From Atractiella rhizophila (lineage: Eukaryota), in the NCBI GenBank assembly GCA_021432655.1, contig MU271366.1, positions 1 to 64,000 of the forward strand: a stretch of 64,000 nucleotides of DNA, given 5' to 3'. The first letter of the stretch is position 1; every line of letters starts with the position of its first letter. The position numbers were made by a program, and so were the translations under genes. Positions 12,958 through 24,502 of the stretch are shown piece by piece. The notes under the pieces are model-generated. The model was not told the origin of the DNA. It searched no databases and worked only from the letters and a program-made list of their open reading frames with translations.

Positions 12958-14063
12958 CAAAGATCGCCTGACACGTCTCCACATCCCTGAACCTCAGGTG
13001 AAAGGGTTCCTCTGTCGTGCGCCTTCTGCTTGAAGCGTACACGCTTCAGCACAGCACCTTCCCAGTCTTCTTTGCGAGCGACGACAACTTCAACTTGCAT
13101 TGCACTCCCGATATCCGAATATTGAAGGATTCAAATGATGTGGTAGAAGTAGGAGGAAATGGACCAATCTAACGTTACAGTAGATGAGAGGTGTTGTTCT
13201 CCTTTGCTTGCATAGAGTGGTATGAACAGCTGCTCAGACACATAATCCAAACCCTCTCTGATGCTTTTCCCATAGTCTTGTTCAGAATGATGATTGTAGC
13301 GAAGGTAAGGTGGGTTGTCCTGGCTCTGACAAATGATCGTTAACCGACATGACGGTGGGAGGGAGGTATGTCCATCAGGAAAATGTCCACTCCCCACTGG
13401 GGGGTTCTAGAACCTCTGGAAAGGATAGAGTCATGGAGGGAAAGTTCAGCTCCTCAAATCGACGCCTCTCTCCAGAGTGGTCTAGTCTAACCCTTCCTCT
13501 CCCTCCAGTCCTCCCCTCCCTCTGGCACGCTCTGAAGCCTCCAGAGGTAATAAGACCCTCTCCCATCCTCCAAGTGCCTCCACCGGCCTCCCAGTTCCTC
13601 CGATGCCGCGTATTAAATACAGGGAATCCCTTTTCCGCTTTAGCTTGTGCTCCATAGAATAATGAAGCAATGAATGTAATTGAAAGAAGAGTAGTTTATA
13701 CAACTTTGCTGCACAAGAAGCAGTAAAGACTAATGCGTCAAGCTGAAATGAGCACACTAACAATAAAGAGGAGTGGGAAATCAACGTACTTATAGAGTTA
13801 TCCGCCTAATAACCTATAAATGTGCAAAGGAACCTAAAGGAAGTGAGGATGAGGTGCGGGTTGAGACAGACGGCGTACCAAGTGCAGCTAAAGCTACCAT
13901 GATGATCTGTGCAAAGAATCTAAAGCACTCAGGTTATGGAATGACAGTAAGCAACGCTTGATGGACTAACATGAAAAATGGACGTTGAACTTTTAAATCG
14001 GGGATGGGGCTGGATTGAACGTATTAACGCTGGGAAGTAAGAAGTGGAGAAAGGGACGCACAA

Positions 14064-15100
14064 TTAGTAGTCAGAGTCCGCGTCCTCGGACGACGTGGTA
14101 CCCCCGACTTCGAGCAGTCCTCCATGCTCCATCGCATATGTGTAAGCCTCCGTCCTGATAGTGTCGTAATCCTGATGCCGCTCTAGTGACTCAAGGAATT
14201 TGGTGTACTTTGGTCTCTGTCTTCGAGTGAACGGCGCTTGTGATGGATGAATTTGAACACCAGTACTCCAGTCTTTCAGTCCAACGTAGATCTGCAGGCA
14301 TAGTGTATGCATAAGCATGGGCGATCGAATATCGAGGAGGACATACCGCCGTGAAGGTTAACGCAATAATCGGGGCGGGAATCGCATGTTCGTGATGCCC
14401 AAACGGATCTTCAACATCTTCTTCATCCACCTTTCTCCGACAACGGTCTTCCAAGGCATTGGGATGATAGAAATAATCGGCAATGATAGATTTTGCAGCG
14501 GGATGTTGGAACTTTCCTTTTTTTTGCCGCCGCCCTGTGACATAGCAGAAAGTCCAATTAGGTTTTTCCTAGCAAAGAGAACCTGAAACTCAACCGGATC
14601 AATCCGTGCAAATAAAAAATATCGATCCTGTAGCCAGAAATCGACATTCTTCTTGATTTAGGGATCAGTGGACCCCAAGTTGTACGCGGTTTTCACCTGA
14701 CTTCGAACATAGCTCACATAATTACCTCGGGCCTTTGTCAGATTGTCCTCAATCTAACCATGCCATTATTGTGATAACGCAATAGAATGAATGAGGAACT
14801 CACCATGTCCCTGTACAATTGACGGATTCGAGACATGCAGCGATGCTTCGTCCATCCGTCAATCTATAGGATGGTGTCTGTGGGGGTTGGAAAGCGCATG
14901 GTGGTGAAGAGATAGCACTTGATAGCCAAGAGAAACTCGCCGTGGGTGGAGTTCGGATGCGTGATTTCGTGCTCATATATTTCGTTAGCGAGGAAATCGG
15001 CGAAGACTTTCAACCCGATTCAACCCTTTCTGTCCATATTCGACTCTTCCTCCACAGACACACCTTGGTCGTCGTTAACATCCTGAATTCGTGCATCCTC
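14064..15100 (-). pseudogene. DUF6532-like protein (intron-containing, frameshifted), likely the companion gene of the Plavaka element
   Basis: IPAPIIALTFTA/IYVGLKDWSTG...PF...PKYTKFLESL and upstream RGNYVSYVRSQVKTAYNL; same strand as, and just downstream of, the Plavaka transposase. Confidence 0.6.
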
Positions 15101-16504
15101 TGGATTTTCCTACCCAACCCTTTGAATCAGTATTGCAGACAGAGAAGCTGTCGAAACCACAATGCTCAGCACCTCATTTCGTCAGTGCTCTCCAGTTCTT
15201 CTAGTACTTGGTCGTGGAGGGGCAGTGGCACGAGGGGCGGCAGCGGAGGACTGTGGTCCTCTGGATTGTTGACAAGACAGAACTGCCTATAGTATTCAGG
15301 GTCAAATCCGGTAACAGCGAAAACAGTGAAACAACACACAGTGTTGGATCTTGTTCCGGTGGGAGGTGTCGAGTAGTATGATGAAACCCAAACTATCAAG
15401 ACGTTAGTCAATCCAGAACTTCAGCGGAGCACAGGAACACATACCTGCCTGGTAGGAGAAGACATGGCATCTCCAATAGTGCCTGAAGGTTCGTGTCCCA
15501 GCAAAGGTACCGAAGAGGTTCAAGTACATACGGAGAGCTCTATGGCTGTCACCAGTGGGAAGAGAGGGTGAGTCCTGGTGACAAACAGTAAGTGAGGTGG
15601 CTATCATGACAAAGGAAAGCAAGGGTACTTCAAAAGAGAAGAACCCTCTGCGGTGTGCATAGAAGTCTGGGAGCTGAACCATCACTAAATAACAACAACC
15701 TGAGCAACCTTCACCCGCTCACATTGAAGAGTAGAGAGAGAATTACGCAGTACTCATCATTATTTGCACTCAAACTTCCTTCCCGACTATACATTTCTTC
15801 CATTAAGTTGTTTTCGCCTATTCCTCTCTCTTGCACCTCACTGCGGACAGGATTGTAATCTCAAAGGTCACTAGGATATCCCGAAGGCTGCTGACGAGTC
15901 GAACGGGGCAATGGTGGCGGCTGGAGATGGTTGACAGCGGGATGCGTGTAGTTGAAGGACTAGGGATAGGATAATGAGACATTTGAAAGACTGATGAATG
16001 TACAGATTTATGGCATAAAGGGTCATGATAGTCGTTTCGCTGTAATATGCTTGTATGAACTTGGTGGTTTCTTTGCTGGCATCAAGGCAGCGAATCATCA
16101 CTCCTCATCAACCTTCTCTTCATTTTGAAAGCAACCAAAACGCATCCAGGCAGCGTGGAAAAATGGAAGGGGCGAAGGAAGGAACTGTGAAGGGATTATC
16201 TAGCATGATTGTGACAAGATTTTTAGGGAAGGGGCTGGGTGGAGCGATTGGGGACGGAGATATGAAGGGAAGTTTCTCTCGTCTATTCAAAGTGACGCTA
16301 TTGTAAGAAGTGCTACATACTAGTATGTCATACTCCAGGGTAGTTCAGCTAATGAATGAACAATGGACTCGTTTCTTGAAATTTCACAATTTGAAGCAAA
16401 GAGAACTGTTATTCTTTTCGTACCCGAATAGATATTTGTTACATCTCAAAACACGGTTGAAAACATATGAACATCAATGGTCACATCCAAAAAGAACTTG
16501 TTGA

Positions 16505-19500
16505 AGTAGTCGAGTGCATCACAATGACGTAGACCTACTGGAGTCTCCCTTTCAAAACGGGGGATCAGCAAACATGTCGGATGATGCTACTTGCACGAAT
16601 GACGGAAGTCACCAACTGCCCATCAGCCTTCATTTTCTTTCGAAGTTTGAATAGCCCGGTTAAGGAATGTGCCACATTCCCTCGATCATCGCCCTCCTTT
16701 CAAACCATTCCACGAAGGCAAGGTCTTGAGTCTTCCCCTTCCAGTCAATCTTGAACAACTTTACTCGATGTACCTCCATGCCGTCGTACCCTTTGCTAGC
16801 ATCAGCGCCATGGAACGTGACCAAAGCAGTGTCATAGCGAGGGTAGAGATCCGTAGAATCGTCTCGATAAGATTCGTCATCTTTGGGTCTCCAATTCAGA
16901 TTGGCTCACAAAACCTCCTTCAGGTGTGGGACAGATCGATCCGGTCGGGGAGGAGGGAGATGTGGGAGTGGGAAAAGGCAGGTCAGTGAACGGGAAATGG
17001 TAATATCTTCAGTATCAACATAAAATGGAGCAAGCTGTACTGAGTCGAACGGTCGATTGTGGGGAGTTTCGGGAAAAGCTTGAGTGAAGAGATATTTTGC
17101 AAGCTGAAACAGAAGTTGGATAAGGTCTTGCCTGTTGTTCAGTTCATTCAGAAAATAGCTGTCATGAGCCGCTATGACGGTGTGAAATGAGCAACAGGAA
17201 GCATTTCAGATAGAGATACAATGCTAACATTTTGAAGGAAGGAGTGTACGAACCCCTCTTACAAAAGCATCGTGAATTGATGACCGTGTCTTGACCTCTT
17301 TCTTCCCCCGCTTCCTTGCACTCCTTTCAGATAGGCTGGGATGGTCATGAGAAGATAACCAGAGCGAATGAGAATTCATTCGATAAGCTCAATCGGACAT
17401 GGCACAAATTTGACGCTCGACATCTTGACGGTTGGTCCTTCTGTAAGGGATTTTGACGAAAACAATATGGAGATGCTCCGACAAGTCGGTAGATAAACCG
17501 ACAAGATTGCCTAGTGAGCAGATAAAGTCTGGCCAATGTTCTCGTGCGTGTTTGAGGGGTAGCTTGTAACCGAGAAATTTCCCTTTGTCACTTCCTCTCA
17601 CGGTATCAAACACCTTTCGAAATCGATAGTAACTGTCAAGGTTCTCTCTTAATTCTTGCAGAGACTGTTCATCATGTCGCCTGAACTGAATAAGTAGACC
17701 AATGTTGGCCTCAAGTCGATGCATGTTTAAAATGTCATCAGGAAGTCCTAGATTATACAGGATGGCCATGAATATCTGCGGGTAAAAGCCAAACCAGTGA
17801 ATATTCGTGAGCACTAGGAAGTTGGAAGTCACAAACCTTTCTCAGCTGATGTGCATCCGAGCCTGTCCACCGATTGAAGTCCAGACCATTGCCAAAGTAA
17901 TGACATCCTGAGAAAGGAGGAACAAGCTTCAACCTTTCCAAATTGTAAAGGTTAATAATTGTAAACATGTTTTGCTGAATAAATAGACAAACCGTCTTTC
18001 CATTTCGTCTTGACCTTCTTCGATCCCCGATTTCGAGCGTCCACAGCTGAGATGAAATCCAATGTCTACTTTACAACATGGTCAAGGTACGGTTTGTCGT
18101 TCCGGTGCAATCGGTCCAGAGTAAGCATGCAATGTGGATCACCCAGAATCTCCAATCCAGAAGGAAGTTCTATATTTCACACTCATGAATTCAATTCAAG
18201 AGAACAAGAAGAACGTACGAAACCTGGAAGCAAACCTGATTTTGCAAGATGCGTTTTGCTTAGAGTTGTTCTTAGCATGTTCGAATGCCGTCCGGTATGA
18301 AATGGGCCAATGCCAGGAAGCTCCAGCGAGTTGTGGTCCCGAAAGCAGACAGCACAATGACCGTAAATAATCCCGGCAAGGAGAATCTGATCAAGATAAT
18401 CCGCCATCCATGAGGGAAGACCCAAGACGACCTTTCTTGTCAATCCATCAGGTCCAAGCATCAATCTTCCCGTCACTGAATCTTGCAGAAGCCTCCAGAA
18501 AAGAAACCTCATGCATTCGTGAAAAACCTCACGCAAAAATTGCTGATAAAGAGGAGTCTTCTTTTCAGAAGAAGGAGCTAGCAAACGGGTATGAAGAGCG
18601 TAGTACTGCAAGCAAAATCACTTACCTTTGGGAATTGGTATCAAACCAACAAGCTGGTTTACACCCCGTGATGTTTCCATGCGCAACTCCGTTGAATGGT
18701 TGAGAAGACGCAGCCCTGGAGGCCACATTGCCAATTACCCTTTTGCACACTGACAACTGTCTTGTCCGACGAGAAGCACAACACAATAATAGTCAGTCTA
18801 GCAGCAATTTGAGCCTAGATTGAGGTTCAGCACTTGATCATCATTTCAGGTCAAGCGGCAGACTTACTCGTTTTTCCCACCACCATGTTCCAGTGAACGG
18901 TTCTGAAAAATCCGGTTCCCATTATGATCCAGCTCAATTACTGGGGCATGGGCCATATCATTCACGAATGTGGGGTTTCCGTACAAAGCTTGAACAATGT
19001 CGATAACATCACGGAAGTGAAAGTCCAAGTCTTTCTTCCATGATGGAGGGACCTTTGGGACAGTGGGAAGCTTCTCGATTGAGATGGATGTTTTATGCCA
19101 TGGGATAGGAGGAGCTGCAGTTGACGAAATTTTTGGATAGATTTGCTCTCTGTTGACGAAAGGAGATACGAAATTGGGGACAAGTTCGAATATTTGAAGA
19201 AGCCATTTGATATTCTCTTTACTAAGCCCAATTTCATGAACAAAGTAACTTAGCTCGAACCTCTAGCTGGTTTGCAAATGGTGTATAGGGATTGGAGAAC
19301 CATAATTTGTCTTGGACCTCTTTAGATTGAAGGAGGTGAGAGGGAGTTACATATGTTGCACCTAAAATGCTATCATAAGTTGTCAAAGTAACACCAAGTA
19401 TGCACAGGACAAACCGGCTTCTGGAAAAGATATTCGCCGTGCCAAGCTTGGGTCACAGGAGGTACTGTAGCAGCTTGATCTACTACCCCCTTTGCTTGGT

Positions 19501-19801
19501 GAACCTCAAATAACTGTGGTGGAATCAACAGAAGAGAGTCTGATGCAACAGACATACAATCATAACCAAAACCCATCAGTCGAACCGATTCAGGCTCACC
19601 TTGTATATCCACAATACCTTCTAAGCCAGTAGCCATGTCCTCCTGTATTCTGGCCACCCTATCCTCCCTCTGTTCTAACCGACGGATTGTTTCAGCTGCA
19701 TGTTCAGCCTTATAATGACGGAGGAGGCCAGCTTCTGTTCGAATAGGTTTGTGATGACATCCACGGAATTTGCATAGATATTGTGGGCTTTTTTGTTGCA
19801 T
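16505..19801 (-). mobile_element. Plavaka-type transposase pseudogene with N-terminal C2H2 finger
   Basis: CKFRGC...GLLRHYKAEH; QQFLREVFHECM...GPDGLTRKVVLGLPSWMADYLDQILLAGIIYGHCAVC; FGNGLDFNRWTGSDA; PLKHAREHW...GLSTDLSEHLHIVFVKIPYRRTNR. Multiple stops and frameshifts; termini not found. Confidence 0.88.
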
Positions 19802-22800
19802 ATCTGCTGTCCTTCTGTAATTTGGAGTTGCAGTGGGGTATTTGAGCTGATGCTGTCCAAAGGAGGCGACGCATCAAGCAAAAACAACATCTGCTGATCA
19901 TGATGTCATGTTCAAGCAACATCTAACAACACTTCGGAAGGAGGAGGTGTCTGCCTTAGAAAAGAGTGGGAGGAAGGAGACTTGGAGGGTATTAGTTTGC
20001 ATATTATCACAACCACAATTCGGTGTTCTCAGCAGCTGAGTGGGATTGTAGAGTCCGGGAAAAGGTGAAGGAAGTGAACTGTGATGGCTTCATTGTTGTT
20101 GAGTCAAGTTCTAGTCTATTTTCTCACTTCTCAATCTAGTGCTAGTAAATATCTGCTGAGCTGATGCCATCTCTTGAGATTACTTGAAATCAATGCATTT
20201 CAAAGCACCCGACATCGAAGAAAGCGAGTACATAATGCACTCATTCACCGGAGGACACTGAAGGCTTTGAGCCAGCAAATAGAGCCACTGGAGTTCCTGC
20301 CACATGGCAGAGAACTCTAGCAGTCCTCTATCCTCCAGAGTGATCTGGTGCCTCCCACGGTTATCGCTCCTCCGGAGGTAAGCTCTCCTTCTTGGTGGAG
20401 GCGCCATTTTGCTGATGTGGTGCTGGGAGCATTGTGGCGACTCCAACCCTGATGCGCCATTCTAGTCCCTTCAAGAGGAACTTGGTGAACAATCGAGGGC
20501 TCAGGAGGCCGGTCGTGGGTGGAAGAGCCAGTGGTAGAGGAGGTGACAGGATGCAGAGGCTCATGGCTGGACATGGAGGAGAGAGGGTTGGGGATTGAGG
20601 GGTTCTAGGCTCGCAATTTCTTTGCATGTGTGCCTGACGGAAGATGCTGATTTGTCTCCATCTTTGACCTTCCATCAGGCTCGAAAGTGATACACTCGTA
20701 AATGTCTTTTTTTGGTTTATCTGTTCCTTTTCATTCTTGCCTTCGTTCCTCGAACCACATAATCACTCTTCATCTCATCCTGACGTACAAATCTTCAGCT
20801 ATCCAAGAATCAACTCAGCGACATCTGAGTCAAGGACGCATCGAAAAGTCCAAGATTTCTTGTCTCAATTTCCCTCCTCCGCTTCCCTATGTATATTGTT
20901 TTTGTTTTGGTCCATATTACTGCTTGCCAGATCCTCAGACCCAAACCCTCAAGCCTCAGAAGAAAGGACATTGTCGTATATCCTATTTCTCGTCGCCTCT
21001 TGTCTCCTTTCCATGTTTTCGGGTTGGTAGCCTTCGCCCTCAGGCCCCCCAACCCACTCGTAATCATGCCCCTTGAACCCACGCTAGTGACTCATGTGAG
21101 TGAGAACAAACATTTTGTTACTTGTTCAAATAAGCTTTTCTTTACATGCTTTTCAAGACGCCAAACCGCGTGTCCTAATGGTATGCTCGCCTTGTCTCTG
21201 TGGTAGCTGTAGATTGAGATATAAGGGTTCAAAGTAATGTTAGGGTCAAACTTAGGGTTCGGGTTAGCAAGGAACCCCTCTTTTTTGCTCCACTATCTTG
21301 ATGTGAATGAACGGCCTGCCTGAAAAATCATTGGGCTCAAGCAAGGGGTGGCCAGAACTGCAATATCCTGACAAGCCTCCCTTGAGGGGCTTTCATGTGT
21401 ACAACCCCTAAGCTCCAGGGTATGGTTAGGGAGTGTTGCTGAGGTGACCGACCACAACTCGACGACGACTTCATTACGTCAGGAACAGCATCAGGGAGAA
21501 CGGTCATCTCACTTTCCTTGAGGCCAGGTGATCAACTTACCACAACATTTTGTTTGGTACGTCGTCCTTTTCTCATACAAAAAGGAAGTGCCCATGACTC
21601 ATCAGCGTCTGCACAGTGGTATGCCCGAGGTATGGCAGCGGTACACTCAAAAAATATTCTTTGAAAGAGTTTGGCTTGGTGTGACCCCCTAAATGACCCC
21701 CTACGGTGGCTTGTCAGCCTGTCAGCAAGGTTCTGGCCGCCCCTTGGCTCAAGTGATATGAATTAAAAGTGTGATATTGCAATGAATTTGAGATAAAAAC
21801 AAAGGCATCACAGACAGGAGGTTCATGGAGGAAGCTGGAGGAAGCTGCACTTCCTGGAGGAATGACAGCCGGAGCACATGTCTCCTCGAGGAGGGGACAA
21901 CCGGAGCGCATGCCTCCTGGAGGAACTTGGAGGTTACTATTGCAGCTCCTTGAGCCTCCGAGGGTCGAAAAGAGAAACACTTACCTCCAAGGGAGAGTGT
22001 TTCTCTCCCTGATTACCCGCCACCTGAAGGAGACGCTCATAAGGCGACGCTCATAAGGCGACCCATGGCCAATCCTCCTCTCTTTCCACACGTCCTAGAA
22101 ATCATGAAAGCGATTTGGTGCGAGAGAATCTCTCCCCATCAACAAGTCGAATGTGAAATGGAATCCAATATATCTGTGCATTTTTCACCACCAGATGGAG
22201 AGATAAGGTTTAGGATGATATATAAGCCAATGACGGGCGATGGAGGAGACTGGATGGAGGTAGATGAAGAGGATGGGAGACTCCGAGGAAAGGTGCATTT
22301 CCGTTCTGTTCGAGGTTGCGAGTTTAACCCTATCACTGTGCCAGAACGATGTTCTTCAAGGGCCTGCAAGCGTGACATTTACAAACATCGGCTTTACGTA
22401 AGTCTTGCCTCCTTGCCTTCTTAATCCTCTCATTCATATTTTTTCAGTGCCGTCGTCCTCAAAGCTAGGCCGCATGTAACCCAGTCGTCCACCGAAGACT
22501 CCGAACATGACTCTGAATACACCGAAGAGCCTGGAGAGGATGGAGGGGCAGATGTAGATGGTGAAGCAGAGACAGTGGGCAAGGAACAAAGACAGATGCC
22601 TTACCACCCGTTCAAGTCGCGGAAGCCTGATTTAGCATCGGACCAGAAGTTCAATGTTCCCCAGCCAGCCACTGTGAACTTTGCAAACACTGCCTCTACA
22701 TTTGTCTTGTCTCCTGCACCCTTCATTTGTCCCATTGATCTATTGCAGTGCTCTCATCTCCTCCACAACATGCATAGGAACTGAATCCTCCTCAGTAGCC

Positions 22801-23123
22801 GCCAAAAGAAAGGCGATGGAGGAACAGGACGGGTCGAAGAGCGAATCGAACAAGCGATATCGTCAGTGATGATGCTTTTATTCCTCATTTCGAACTATCT
22901 CTTGAGATTTTCCAGGCTCAGTGCCAGTTTGTTATGAGGCAATGCGAGCATCCAACAATTCCACTTTCAGGTGAACCACGTGATGGTGGAGAAAAAACCA
23001 GTGCGGCTCCCTGATGGTCAAAGCTATGTGCAGTCAAAACATGAATGGCGTTGAAGCGACGAACTTAAACATATTCGGATATGGGCTTGATGACTTGATG
23101 GCGTGCATGCTAGTTAAGGTTGG

Positions 23124-23373
23124 TGACAGAATCGTGCGCCTCCTCCTTTCGCCCCTTGCGCACTTGCGCGTTTAGTTTCCTTCGAGCACTTTCTGGAACT
23201 GTGGCCAACCTTTTGCCACAGGGATCTCTCTGTTATAAAAGCTTGTAAACCTGCAAGTGCGAGACTTATACTCATTGTTATCTCGCACTTTGCAGGTAAT
23301 GTAGTTCCCTTACATACTGAATGCAACTTATACTCATTTTATCTCGCACTTCGCAGCGCTAATACATTTGTCA
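23124..23373. mobile_element. Solo LTR, family A, copy 2
   Basis: TGACA...TGTCA ends with 5-bp TSD GTTGG (23119-23123, 23374-23378). Confidence 0.92.
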
Positions 23374-24296
23374 GTTGGAATCCTAGAATGTCATGAAGTG
23401 TTCGGATTTCTCGAATTGAAAACGTCGTTGATTGTAATTTCTCTGGTGCTCCAACGAACAATTCTCGCACCCCCGTGGAAGAAGACGATACGGCATAATG
23501 AGACGTGGTGTTGAAACTGTGCAGCATCGAACAGATAGTGAGAACTTGGCCCAACTCCACAATTCTCGTACTCCATGTCGAAAGGATCATCGTTCCAAAC
23601 TTGGCATCTGCCACCTCTGTCACTGAATTTCCTCCTGAAATTGGCAGGCTCCTTCGTAACACCTTCAGCATCACTTTGCCAGCGCGGCCGGCCGTTGAAG
23701 GAAATTGGCTGGGGAGCGCAAATTTCGAAAGTGTATGTGCCCCTCTCTGACTTCAAAGCGAGAAACAAATCAACTATGTCCTTCCTTCTGTAGGCCAATC
23801 CATTCGAATCCTCTGCATGCTAGAACGAGATTTGCAAGTAGGGAGGGGTAGAGTTATATGGGAGGACTAACGCCCAAGTCACCGTGCGTTTCTTCAACTG
23901 TTGGCCCTTCCCTTTAAACTGACAAATGTTTGGCCCTTATGTCGCTTACTGTATACCTCAGTGCTCAATATCATAATGGCCGTTCACAATTCTCTTCGCC
24001 ACTCTTGTTGCGCTTTTACGTTTACGTCGGACGAGCGATGGCGAATTATACATCAACAAGACCTTTGTCCTTGAGGTCATCGTAGGCCTTGTTGGCTTTG
24101 CTTCTTCCTCCTGATTGGAACAAGGTTATCGAATAAATGGCTGGCAGCATCCACGAGTTGTTTGCTTCTCTTTGCTTTCAGGTCTTCCACGGACCTAATC
24201 TTAGCCACTTACCACTGTTTCCTTATCACAACCGCGCAAATCTCCTTCCTTTGTCAGACCCATCTTATATAACCAACCCTTGAACTCATCTGCCCT

Positions 24297-24502
24297 TGTT
24301 GTAAATCGACGGGCTGAGGAGCGGAGCTAAGTACGACTTGGTTACGTTTGGCTGAGCTCTTGCAAACGCATGAGCACCAGGAAATGGAATTCTATGTGTT
24401 TATATAGCTTACAGCAGTGGCAACTAGAAAATAGTGGAACATTCCAGAAAACTAAAGGACTTTGCCACTGAGTGGCACGAAACTAGACTGCAAAATCCAA
24501 CA
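24297..24502 (-). mobile_element. Solo LTR, family B (Copia-like TGTTG...CAACA), copy 1
   Basis: 206 bp, TSD GCCCT on both sides; TATATAAA on the minus strand; near-identical in inverted orientation to 50761-50966. Confidence 0.92.

Noticed and set aside
21613..21619. CACAGTG as a Transib/RSS-like terminus
   Set aside because: No matching inverted partner or TSD found; expected by chance.
11644..23373. Direct repeats as the two LTRs of one 11.7-kb retroelement
   Set aside because: Each has its own TSD and no gag/pol or PBS is recognisable between them.
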